Shown: positions 51,113 through 62,754 of the stretch, one piece after another
Layout: each line of letters opens with the position of its first letter
How positions within the stretch are numbered: position 1 is the first letter of the stretch
Source of the DNA: Pristiophorus japonicus
Taxonomy: Eukaryota
Reading direction: 5' to 3'
Length of the DNA: 64,000 nucleotides
Assembly (NCBI RefSeq): GCF_044704955.1
Contig: NC_091999.1
Location: 10,478,001 to 10,542,000 of the forward strand
The notes under the pieces: generated by a model
The model's input: only the letters and a program-made list of their open reading frames with translations
Databases searched by the model: none
What the model was told of the DNA's origin: nothing
Program-made: the position numbers and the translations under genes

Positions 51113-51845
51113 TAGCTGCTGAACCAGTGTCATCACAAAAATGCTGCCAATATGATCCGGACTTCCGTTCTCACCTGGATAAACAGAATCAATAATTCAA
51201 CCTGAGAGTCGTGGGGAAATTCTTAAACTTGCAACAAAAAAAGCACGCAACCAGAGCAGATGAGGTACTCTGCAGGAATGACGTTAGTTAGTGAGTGCAA
51301 TGCACAATTATCACAAATTCATCTGTGGCACCTTAACTCGTGGCGGTCTGCAATAATGTGCAGCCCATTTCACTACACCGAAGTTATTGTTCCAGACCGT
51401 TTGATCGAAGCCTGTACACAGGGTTTATTTGATCAGAGTATGTTGCTGGGTCAGAGATAGTTCATACACAATGCACAGATTTCACAAGGTAGTGACTGTG
51501 CTGTTCCAAACAAGTCCCAAGCACAGAGCTCCTCCTTTTCCATTGCCCTTCTGATTGTTTCTTTAATTCTTCCACCATTAAACCTCAGCTTCCGGGTTAC
51601 AATAACCAGAAAGGAGTTTAATTTCCAACAAAGGTCTCCAAAGGCGGAACTATTCCCGTATAAGCTCATTGACTGTAGCCCAGTTCTTGTTGATTCCCTT
51701 CACTGGTAGACAGCTCATAGCACCAGTGGGAACAAAAGGAAATGTGGTGAGAGCATCCTGATACATGATGGCAGATTATTGAGGCTGGTGATTCGAACGG
51801 ATGTTTGCAAATATCCAACCACCTTTTACGGAGCATACAGCGAGA

Positions 51846-52295
51846 ATGCGGCTGCTCAGCATCTGGGTTGTATGTTGGACATTTCTGACAGATAATTGTT
51901 GATTGAACACACCTCATCTTTTATCCATTTATGATATGGTTCAAATCTGAATTTCAAACACCGTATCTCTCCTGTTGAACATATTTTTCAGATCTGAATC
52001 ATGGAGATTCTGTCAATCAGCCACTGTCTTCAGGAGTGAGGACAGAGGAGAAGCGAAGACTTTAAGCTGCATCTATGATACTACACAAGCGGCTATTATA
52101 TATACTGGTAACGGCAATTCCTAGACACACAGCACGAGTTTATTCTGATGAAAACCCCGAGCGTTTATGAAGCTCAGGCAACATTTGCAGAAACCCGCTT
52201 CACTGCAAAGCTCCTGAACCATGAATAAATTCATCAATTTAATCATCTCGAGGATGCAGCTGACCGACACAAGCTGATTACTGTGCTCTGAGACT
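51846..52295 (+). pseudogene. TCR alpha/delta V pseudogene
   Basis: Leader MRLLSIWVVCWTFLT (51846-51891) with donor GT>AT. Exon from 51992: DLNHGDSVNQP..LSCIYDTT..YIYW*RQF..EFILMK..RFTAKL..YCALR. Frameshifts; RSS decayed. Confidence 0.88.
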
Positions 52296-52629
52296 CCCGA
52301 TAATGGAAACCCGTTGAACTCTCGTCTAGAACTACTGCCACATTGTAGAGCAGAAGTAAACTGAGTCCCGAGGGAGTAGCGAGAAACATCTGACTATGGC
52401 GCGCTCTGGCGGTTTTCATTGGACTTTTTACACTGTTCACAGACTGAATAAAATCACAGTCAGTGCATCTACGGGGCAGCCTCCAGCGCGCATTTATTTG
52501 GAGATATATTGCTGCGAATATTAATCACAAATGTCGATGAACTTATATGGTGCTAATTCAGTTTAACTCGTGCTGATTCGTTTATTTTGTCACATTTCCA
52601 AAGGAAAGCATTTGATTGAAGCTCATTTC

Positions 52630-52945
52630 TTCATCGTCATCATAGGCAGTTCCTCGGAATCGAGGAAGACATGCTTCCACTCTTAGCATGAGTTCTTAGG
52701 TGGCTGTACAGTCCAATACGAGAACCGCAGTCTCTGTCACAGGTAGGACAGACAGTGGTTGAAGGAAACGGTGGGCGGGAAGTCTGGTTTGCCGCACGCT
52801 CATTCTGCTGCCTGCGCTTGGTCTCTGCATGCTCTCGGCGATGATACTCGAGGAGCACAGTGCCCTGCCTGATGCATTTCCTCAACCTAGGGCCGTCTTT
52901 GGCCAGGGATTCCCAGGTGCCAATGGGGAGGTCGCAGTTTATCAG
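52630..52945 (-). mobile_element. RTE LINE 3' end
   Basis: WESLAKD..CPTCDRDCGSRIGLYSHLRTH. Confidence 0.85.
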
Positions 52946-53299
52946 GTATGGAACCACAGAAATGCCGAATTTAATTACCGCGCCACATGCAGAGGATGCA
53001 GATTTGTCACATCATTCCCACCTATCCAATATACTGTGGGATTGCTTAATGTAACTGCTGCCATTTTTAAGTTGTCACTGAGCTTTCGTTATTATCTTTT
53101 ATTATTAACGTGAATTGAAATCACCAACTAATATAATTTTGCCAGTGGACCTCACCTGGTCTTGTTGAGTCTTGTGATGTGCTGCCTTTCAAGAGGTTCC
53201 TTGTGAAGCACTGCAGAGGATGAATTATTTCTTCTGTTAAATGGCGTGAGAGTGACATCTGCTGAGCACGAATTGGAACTCTCACTGTCGGCGATACCA

Positions 53300-54470
53300 A
53301 CAACAACAACAACTTGTACTTATATAGCACCATGAATGTAGTAAAATATTCTAAGGCGCTTCTTCCTGCTGTTTTAAGACAAACATTTGATTCCGAGCCA
53401 AATAACGAGCAATTCGGGCAGATGACCAAAAGCTTTTTCAAAAACGTACGTTTTAAGGATCGTTTTAAAGGAGGAACAAGAGGTAAAGAGGCTGTTCCGT
53501 TTCGGCAGAGAGTTCCTGAGCTTACGGCCTCGGCAACTGAAGGCCCAGCCATGAATAACTGCAGGAATGCGCAACATGGCAGAATTAGAGATGCACTGAA
53601 ATTTCGAAGGGAAAGTGGGGTCAGAGGAGATTACAGAGATAGGGAGGTGCGATGCCATGGAGGGATTTGAAAACAAGGATGATAATTTTGAAATGCAGGC
53701 GATGCTTAACCGGGAGCTAATGTAGGTTAGCGAGCACAGGGTTGATTGTCGAATGGGACTTGGTGCGAGTTCGGACATGTGCAGCCATGTTGGATGGCTT
53801 CAAGTTTATGTTGGCTAGAATGTGGGTGGGTGGGGGTGGGGATGACAGCTGTCATTGGCCAGGGAACGCAGATTGTGACTGAGACCGAAAACAATGGTTT
53901 TGTGCATCCCAAAATTGAATTGGAGACATTTCTGCACGTCTACTACTGGTTGTCGGACAAGCAGTCTGATAATTTCGAGACCGTGGAGGAGTCGGGAGAA
54001 GTGGCGATGAGATATAGCTGTGCATCGTCAGCATACATGGTGAAAGTGATGCTAAGCTTTTGGGTAATGTCGCTAAGAGGTAGAATGTAGATGAGAAATA
54101 GGAGAGGGCAAGGTTAAATCCTTGGAGGACACCAGAGGTAACGATGCAGGAGTGGGAGTGAAGCCATTGCTGGTGATTCTCTGGGTACAATTTTATAGAT
54201 AAGAATGGAACCAATCGATTGCAGTCCCTCCCAGCTGGACATCCTTGGAGAGGCGTTGGAGAAGCATAGAGTGATCATCCATGTCAAAGATTGCAGACAA
54301 GTCAAGTAGGGCGAGGAGGGTCAGTCACAAAGGATGTAATTTGTGTCTTTGATGAGAGCTATTCTGGCAAGGTGGCAGGTGTGCAAACCTGATTGGATCG
54401 ATTCAAATAAGGAGTAATGGGAAAGATTTTCTCCGATTTGGGAGGCGACACACGTTCAATACTATCCCTC
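53300..54470 (-). mobile_element. L2 LINE 3' portion
   Basis: SGVLQG, AFSCRGRKLRNSLP..SFKTILKTYVF; (caa)n tail at about 53300. Confidence 0.8.
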
Positions 54471-54549
54471 CACGGAGATAAAACAAATATTGTGGAGGCT
54501 GCCGTGGGTACTGAATGTACCAGAACACATACGGCTTAAAGATCTGTTT

Positions 54550-54665
54550 CATCTTGAAATTTTCCAGTTTTGATGAAGGGTCACAGACCGGAGAATTTAA
54601 CTCTGTTTCTCTCCATAAATGCTGCCTGCCCAATGAGATTTCAGGTTCCAGCATCCGCAATATAT
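54550..54665 (+). mobile_element. Probable Penelope-like repeat terminus
   Basis: tgatgaagggtca..ctctgtttctctcc..atgctgcctg..cagcatc(c)gca, recognised from memory only. Confidence 0.4.
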
Positions 54666-55429
54666 TACTGTTGTAAGCTTAGTACCTCTTGTTTTCAAAG
54701 TGCAAATTGGTGTGGCATCACTTTCCTCTTCAACCATCATCGCAGAGATCGGCTGTTCCACTGTGTCTTGGTGGATCCATTCTAACACAAAATAATTATA
54801 ATAGTCACCATCATCAGCGTCATAATTTTACCACAATCAACATCTGGATTACAGCAGTCATGGGGAGAATGGACTTTTGCTAGGAAAGAAAACCTTACTG
54901 AGAAGTGATATTATGATGAGGAGTGGTGCGAGCCGGTCCAGCATGAAGCTCCCTGAGTATATAAAACTGCAGTCCGGGAAATTCTCTGCCGGAGCAGAAG
55001 TACTGATCCCAGCTCCACTGCACTGCACATCCAACAAATGCCAAACAGGGAAGAGCGGCAACAATCTCTCCATTAACACAGGACAGGCAAGGCCGGTCAG
55101 AGCGAGCGCAGAATATGGAAGCTGTGGGCGGGGTTGCCACGGGCAGTGTTGTCACACATAGGATTCAGTTGTTAGGTCAGAATTCAATAATAATGCCCCC
55201 TTTGGAAAATTATATAACTCCGCCTCTCTATAAGGCTCCGTTAGTTTTATAGTTAGTAACAATTCGGTGCAAGCAGGTTCACGACTGTAATTTCAGATTT
55301 ATTAAATTAATCAATACTTGCTGTCATCTCCATCACTTAGGAGGATTAAAACCAATGGTTGAAAGACGTAGAGAAATAGAAAAAATCTGCAACCAATCCT
55401 AAAGTTCTGCAGGCGCACAGATTATTTAC

Positions 55430-56067
55430 ATAAGAACATAAGAACTTGGAGCCTGCTCCACCATTTAATAACATCATGGATGATCTGATCTTGGGCTCAA
55501 ATCGACACCTTGCCCGCTCTCCATAACCGTTCACTCGCTTATCATTCAGAAATCTGTCTATCTCCATCGTAAATATGATTAATGACCCTGCATCCTCAGC
55601 TCTCTGGGGCAGAGTATTCCACAGATGTACAACCATCTGCAATAAAATAATTTCTCATTCTTCTGAACTCTAATGAGTATTGGCAAAAGCAGCTCATGTT
55701 TTCTTCATAATCAACCCCCTAATCGCCAGAATCAACCGAGTGAACCTGCTTTGAACTGCCTCCAATCCAAGCATGTCCTTCCTTAAATAAGGAGACCAAA
55801 ACTGTCCGCAACACGCCAGTGTGGCCTCACCAATACCCTGTACAGTTGTAGCACGACTTCCCTGCTCTGTACTCTATTCCCTTTTCAATAAAGGCCAACA
55901 TTCCATTTGCTTGCCGGATTACTTCCTGTACCTGCAAACTAACTTTTTGTGTTTCATGCACAAGGATTGAAATCAGTACAGCGGGCCCTGGGGAGCCTTG
56001 TGGATGAAACACAAAAAGTTAGTATGCCGGTACAGCAGGGAATCAGGAAGGCAAATGGAATGTTGGC
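55430..56067 (-). mobile_element. CR1 3' fragment ending in a 72-bp fold-back
   Basis: VVHLWNTLPQ; HETQKVS..KANGMLAF present on both strands (55894-55965 / 55996-56067). Confidence 0.85.
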
Positions 56068-57211
56068 TTTTTTTTGCAATTTGAACTGCAAACCACAGAA
56101 GTGGACGGTGCTTCAAACGCTGTTTAAATCACAGGGAGTGTTATTATTAATCAGTGTTAGTTCACTCGCTAACTGACTGTGAGTAAATGGTCACTATTTT
56201 CACAGTTAACAGCGTCCTGCCAGTAAAGGTAACGGAACTAGAGGCAATGAATCGACCCCACAATAAACCAAACTAATAACAATTCTTCAGCTTTCAGGTC
56301 ACAATAACCAGACAATATATTCCTTTCTTCCCTGCTCTATAGATGAAAAATTATCCTACAAGGACACAGACTGCAGTCCAGCTCGGGTGTCAGAAATTCC
56401 TCCCACAGAAGAATAATTATTCTTGTGCTGCCAGCAGGGAGCACAGCTCCCACACAGTAGCCCCATTGTTGCTGTCCGCTCAGTAAAGTGTAGTGGAGTA
56501 TTTAAGATTAACACTCAACACCAGGTCTGGATTCGAAGATTCAAGCAGTCTTTAATGTGCTTGAAAGTGAAGGGCATATCTGCAGTCCACCTGTTGCTGA
56601 GCTGTGCTCACCTGCTCTCCCTGAACAAAGAAAACACAGGGTTTTTATACAGTTCCTCGACCTATAATGGCCGGATATCCAATACATGAGACATACATAG
56701 ATTTGAATGGTCAAAACCCTTGTCGCTGAAAGTAAATTTACAACCCTGACCACGCCTATCTCCAGTACTTTTCCATGAACTTCACTATATCACAAAAATT
56801 AATTTGTACTTTGGAATGTTATCTTATCTCTCTTGCCTTGATAGAGGGAGTTTTTCATTTGTATCACGTTTGACCCCTTGCCTTGTTTAGCTGCCCCTCT
56901 GGGCTTCCTGTGGTTCAACTGTTTGGCCTCCTGAAATTGTCCTCAGGTTACACATTTTGTAACAATTAATCATTCTGACATGTTATTTCCCTTTACACAC
57001 CTTTAGAAAGTTGACCACTACAAAAGCCTATGTCAGCTCGTTTTAGTTCGAAGATCCATTCTTAACCATTTAATTATAACAGAGCTCGATAGTCCCACTT
57101 CAGACGGTAAGGCTGGATATTAGCTGTTACTGCTGTGGGGAGTTGTAAACGGCTGTCTTGCTCTTTTCGCTTCCATTGATTTTAACGTTGTATTACCCGT
57201 GCACACTCAGT

Positions 57212-59330
57212 TGTAGTAAAGGCCGGATCTTTATTTAGGCATTCAAACATTCACAAGCCAACAACTCTGCTTGCAAAGGCAGCTCTTCCAGAAGTTACAC
57301 ACTTTTCAAGATTCCAGTTTCTCTACAGTCCAAGTGTCTCTACAGTCCAAAAGAGTCTCTGCAGTCCATACGAGTCTCAACAGTCCATATGTCTGTGTGA
57401 CAAAAGCCAGTTCCATCTTTTATATCTAAAAAGCCTTTGAACTCTTATTCTTTGCATTTAGACAATCAAGACGAACTACTTTCTGAATCGTTTAAAATAC
57501 ATACTATTATTTCCACCGTAACAAAGTACTCAAACACTTAACAGTGCTTGCTTAACCTACAGATATCATTAAATAGTAACAAATGTACAATAAAATACTG
57601 AACATACAGAATCGTTTCCTCGCATAGTAAAACAGTTACACTCAAATACAACATACAGATATCAACAAATCGTTTAGTCATGAATTTCCATTATTCCCAC
57701 CGTAACAAGGTCCTGAAATATTTAATACCCAGACAATGACCAGTCACTCATCTCAATGGCTGGAAGGCAGCACATTGTCCAGCAGTCTCTTTTCGATTCA
57801 AACTTCCAATCCTCTTGTTTTTTAAACCAAACGTCAGACCGCGTGCTGAAGCAAAGAGTTCCGTAATGCGGGACTGTGCTTGCTCATTCCACCACTTCAT
57901 CTCCTCGCCTCTCTGTAGGTCTTATCTGGGTAACATAGATTTGCATGGTAGCTCGAGCTCGTTCAAAGGCATTGGCCAGTTGGAGTCCTTGTGTTTGAAC
58001 ACGACATCAGCAGTAAATCAAAATGACCAGCACAATCAGTGGAACAGCACAACATAATGACAGGGTGTATCATGGTGTTCATCGCGACTGTTGCCATCGG
58101 GATCATCCAACAATGACTCCCACCAAGTTACATCTCCAATCTGGTCCAAAGTAATGCGAACGTTCTTGATTTCCGCAGTGTGATGGTTAATGTCCACAAC
58201 AATTGATTGATTCAAACTCTGTAGCTGTTGAAATCTTGTACTCCATTTCCACATTTCCTTCTTCCAAATAGCAGCACGATTAGGGTCAAAGTTGAGTTGT
58301 TGTAGATTCACATTCTCAGCATGCCATTTTAAAGTCCGGTGGTCTGTGATCACCATATCCATTTTCACTTAAACGTCAACTTTCAATTTCTGATGTATTC
58401 GACTGAATTCCATGCTGTTTACATTCAGAAATGTAAACTCGCAATCGGTGTCTTCAACCAAGTCTGTTGCCCTCTGCACAGTTTTTAATAATTTCCTCTG
58501 CTTTGTGGGAAATGTATAACAACACAGAGCAAAGGATGACGGAAATACTGAAAATTCAGTCGAGAGTCCCAGTCCTTCTCTCAGTTCACCCTTCGGAACT
58601 ACTGTAATTTCCTCTCTCGACATTTGCAACGCTCCATCTTCTATTTCGCATCCTTTTAGATCATGATTATAACTCCCGCATTTGAGCTTTTCACTTAACA
58701 TCTCATCAGTTCTGAGACAGCTCATTCCTGCAGAAACTTTAAATGCGTCTGAACAAGTTTCTTCCACTGCTTTCATTTCTACAGACTGTTCTCTAACTGC
58801 TCTTTGTGCAACTGACGTTATGGGATACTGTTTCTGAAGAGGGGATTGCCCTTCCTCCAGGAGCACCTCAACGTTCATTTGTCTGGCAGACCCTGTGTCA
58901 ATCACCCGCTGTCCTTCTGCACATACCTGGATAAAGGCATGGCCACCCCTATCCTGAAGTAAAGGTCCAAAAGCAACGACATGTGAAGTTGAGGCGCGGC
59001 ATCCGTATCGGAATCCTCCCTCACCTGCGGAATCTACCCCAACCTCAGCAACTAAACCGAGGTATCATTTCGGACTGTGACTCTAGCTTCTCTTTCCTGA
59101 TTCTTCAATTTTTCTTTTAGCTTTTCCAAATCTTTATCCAGTCTATCCCTGTGCTCTATCAACTGACTGATGGGGATCCAGGCACCACCTAGACATGCTA
59201 CTTTTATGCGATAACTCGCGGGATTTATCCACTCAGGCTCTTCTGCCTTCCATTGCTGTATCCCTGTCTCACTTCCATGATTGGGATACCTGCAGCTTTC
59301 TGATTCAGTTCACGGTCTTCTGAGGCGAGC
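57212..59330 (-). mobile_element. Internally deleted LTR retroelement / endogenous retrovirus remnant (gag-pro-RT start-env-3'LTR)
   Basis: Gag-like coiled coil (WIPISQLIEHRDRLDKDLEKLKEKLK), protease DRGGHAFIQV..VIDTGS, RT N-term P.QKQYPI. Then a Cys-rich segment, heptad, TWWE and TM-like VPLIVLVILIYC. LTR-like end with TATAAAA (about 57420), AATAAA (about 57230) and terminal CA at 57212. Confidence 0.6.
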
Positions 59331-59383
59331 TGTGTGCCGCGTTATTCTTCACACTGTAATCACATGGATGTATTAATCGCTAC

Positions 59384-59782
59384 ATGTGAAGCTATTACTC
59401 GTTATTCTGTTGCACCTAACACTTAGGTACAGGAGCTGAGCGCAATAACCCGCAGTGTTTTTTATTCGCTTGGCTCCAGTTCTTTATTATATGAATATTT
59501 TTACAGGTCGATGTCTCACGAACCAATTGCTGCGATAACATTCCGAAGGGGTGAATCAGTGCTGATAAACTGTAGCTATGACACGTCCAGCATTTACGCC
59601 ATGCACTGGTACACACAGAAATCTAGTCAGCGACTCGACTGGTAAAAATTCGACCATCACATGGCAAAGGGAGCACAGCCCGATTTGAATTCGATCTTTC
59701 CAATGCGGACAAACGCGACCAACTGGTCATTCAAAGCTCGGAGAGCTCGGATATTGCTGTGTATTATTGTGCGATAGAGTCA
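59384..59782 (+). pseudogene. TCR alpha-type V pseudogene (V exon 59507-59782) with 23-RSS at 59783-59821
   Basis: Leader remnant KLLLVILLHLTL. GESVLINCSYDTSSIYAMHWYTQKSSQRLDW*; frameshift; ARFEFDLS..LVIQSSESSDIAVYYCAIE. RSS CACACTG-23-ACAGAAACC. Not represented in the ORF track. Confidence 0.9.
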
Positions 59783-60529
59783 CACACTGAGACGAAATGC
59801 AGTAGTCACTTTACAGAAACCTCCATCCTGTTTACAGTTCCGTAACAGCTGCTGCAATCTCTCCAAAAACACAGGGCTGGCAAGGAGGGTCACAACGAGA
59901 GTAGCAAACGGAAGCTGTAGGCAGGGCTGCTGCAGGCAGTGTTACCGCAATGCATGTCTCTAACTTTTCCAGTTGATAGTAGATTTGATCAGATGTATTG
60001 GCAGTCACAGCCTAAAGAATTGATCTGCGGAGCCAGTCGCTCAGTGAGTGCAGACTTTATTGTGAGGAAAACTTTAGCATTGCTAAATTGTTGGACTATA
60101 TTCACCAGCCCGGAGTCAATCACTTTATTTAGTGTTGGTTTATGTGATGGTTGGTTTATGTGGCCTGTGACGACTCATCGAGAGCATTAAGTTCATTCTC
60201 CTGTAACATTCATCTTTACACTTAAATATCCTCCTGCATTTCCCGATTCCAGTGATTCCTTTCTGTGTGTAGTTGCATTGAGGTAACCCTGATACAAACT
60301 GTTTCCCCTGCTCAGTGACGGAACCGAGGCCCATAGATGCCGTTTTACATCTGCCGGTTAGTTATCAGCCAGGTTCCCTCTATAATGTAATTTCACTCAT
60401 CGATTTGCATTTGTGTGTAAATATATAGATGTATAATATTTATTATTAATAAATATACTGACGTGCGAGGGTTACTAAACAATGTCGAATCTGCAAGTGT
60501 TAGGTGTCAGCTGCACAGGGTTCACAGCT

Positions 60530-60900
60530 CAGTCCAGAGACTTGAGCACATCATCTGGGCTGATACTTCAATGCAGAAGTCGGGGAATACAGAATTATTT
60601 CGCATAAGATGTTAATCCCATTTGCTCTCTCAGGTATTTGTAAAATATCCCAATGCCACTATTCCGAAAAAGAGCTGAGGAGTACTCCCCTGTGTCCTGT
60701 CCAATACTTATCCCTTAATCAACATCACTAAAAACAGACTATCATAAAATTATTGTTCTTTGTGTGATCTTGATATGCGCCGATGAGTTGCCATGGTTCC
60801 TACATTACAACAGTGACTGCACTCTTAAAATGTAGTGGAATCATTGTAAAAGGCATTTCAGAGTCCCGAAGTCATGAAAGATTCTGAATAAATGCAATAT
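60530..60900 (+). mobile_element. Deu-domain SINE, decayed
   Basis: gacttgagcaca..ctctctcaggt..cctacattacaacagtgactgcact shared with 40975-41420. Confidence 0.65.
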
Positions 60901-61086
60901 ATTTCTTCTTGTGTTCTTTCCTTCCCTTTCACTTATGTGCCAGCACTCTGTATTGTTCATGAGTAAAGGTAAATACATATGAGAATTAATAGTAAAATAA
61001 CTGATCAAAAATACAGGGCCAATCTCAGAATTGCTCCTGATCACAATGATACCTGGACGTGCTGATATGTTGCGCGATGCTTTGAC

Positions 61087-61125
61087 AGTTTTTGTACAGC
61101 TCCAGCCCTGCACCGTGCCTCTGTG
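61087..61125 (-). other. 23-RSS
   Basis: CACAGAG-23 bp-ACAAAAACT. Confidence 0.92.
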
Positions 61126-61614
61126 GGGTTCAGAGCGCAGTAATACACCGCGGAGTCTGAGAGTTGTGTTTCAGACACATTCACTGGGACGGTTCGTCTC
61201 AAATCATTGAACTTCGCTGAAAAACGGTCCCCTGGAGGTCTCTCTTTTTGTTCGGTATATTTGTTAATCTGCAGTAGATATTTTATTGATCCGCTGGGAT
61301 ACTGACGGTACCAGAATAGGTAAGGAGTGCTCCCACTTGTAGCTGTGTAATTACAGTGCAACTGAACATCGTCTCCTTCACTTACTGTGGTTTCAGCCGG
61401 TGTCTGTGAAATGGAGTCTCCTCGACAATGTCCTGCAAGAGCCCAGAATTATACTAAATTAAACAGTGACACTTCATTGTGTCTATCACCCATAATGATT
61501 CTGTCATCCCCAACACTTGCCTGAGAAGTAACTCTGGGTAATTAAACAGAAATATATATTCACGCAACTCAAATGCTGCAACGGGAAAGTGCTTGGATCG
61601 ACTGAATAAATCAT
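61126..61614 (-). CDS. TCR alpha/delta V segment, open frame (leader 61614-61521, V exon 61432-61126)
   Basis: GHCRGDSISQTPAETTVSEGDDVQLHCNYTATSGSTPYLFWYRQYP..KYLLQ..DRFSA..LSDSAVYYCALN. Leader MIYSVDPSTFPLQHLSCVNIYFCLITQSYFS with G|GCAAGT donor. Confidence 0.88.
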
Positions 61615-62347
61615 CCTTTAATGAACCTTCAGCGGGATCAGTTCCTCACCTTCATATCTTGTGATGTGAAGGGAAAACTCCAAACGGTCTGCAAATTTAC
61701 GACCCCTGTGTCTGTTAAAGTCCGTCATTGGCCCTGGCTGGCCTGGTGAGTCTGCGTGTCAGTCGCATGTAATATCACCTGAACTGAACTGCTTTCATTC
61801 ACTGGGAGATTATGGCGAGTTTTCCCAAACAGTTCTCAGTGGTGAGTCAAGGTGAATCCTAATGTTCTTCTCCACTTTAGATCAATCTATTGATATTCTT
61901 GTGTTCAGTGTAGTGACCGATTAAGTATAATGTATGATGCAGATGAGCAACACAGTGTTGTGCAACTTGTGAACTTACCAGTTAAGAGAGTTGTAGAAGT
62001 GATGAACAAATAAAAAGTAACATCCACCATGTTTGTTTGCAGATTTCAACAGAATGGTTTGAAGCTGAAATTGTTTTTCATCAAGTGTAGGGAGAGGTTG
62101 ACGAATATCCGGCCTCTTTGCTGATTGGACCGTTCTTGACAGAGACAGCGGGTGATATATAATCAACTCACGTGTCCTGTGTTCTCCAATTCATCCAATT
62201 ATCTTACAGCCCTTTGTTCCCCAAGTCAACCAATCTGATCACTGTGCTTTGTTCTCCAATTCATCCAATCAGCTCACAGCTCATTTATTCTGCAAAGCGT
62301 ACAGCAGGGAAAGGAGTGCAAAAATATTCACAACAGAGAAATGCCTG

Positions 62348-62472
62348 GGGATTAAAGCCAATGTTGGCCCTTTAATAGGCGATTGAGGCCGATGTTGGGC
62401 CTTTAACAAGGGATGAAAGCCAAAGTTGATCCTTTAACAAATAATTAAAGCCAATGTTGCCCCTTTAACGGG
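62348..62472. repeat. About 30-bp minisatellite x4
   Basis: gattaaagccaatgttggccctttaac units. Confidence 0.85.
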
Positions 62473-62754
62473 GTCACTATGGGCGGTGGAGGCAGTGAAG
62501 GGATATATTAACATTGTTCTGGTATCAGTACCGCAGGCTTCATTTAAAAGAACTGCTCACTCACATTGGAACCAGCTCACATAGAATTTTGCAGAGTCTA
62601 CAGCAGAGAAATTCGTCATTTGGCGAAACTAGTCTGCATACTTTGGTTTAGGTTCCATTGTTAGTTCACAATCCCGGTTACAGATCTGATTTATTGACAG
62701 GAGAGTCTATTGCTGTTGTTTTGTACGGGGTTACTGCATCCGTGTAACAGTGTG

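Larger units (their letters stand above)
48590..51133 (-). pseudogene. TCR alpha/delta V pseudogene: leader 51133-51094, V exon 48892-about 48590; intron holds a tandem repeat and a CR1
   Basis: Leader MTLVQQLLMSIAI+G|GTAAAT. Exon DKIQCSLVMQPQYEMNVYEADKSQLNCDYNSSSDDPNCYWYELYPK*ALQFILY..; frameshift; ..AYCCGLR. Nonamer GCAAAAACC (48553-48561), heptamer decayed. Not represented in the ORF track. Confidence 0.85.

Noticed and set aside
61111-61117. CACGGTG within the spacer as a nested 12-RSS
   Set aside because: 15 bp from the nonamer, outside tolerated spacing.
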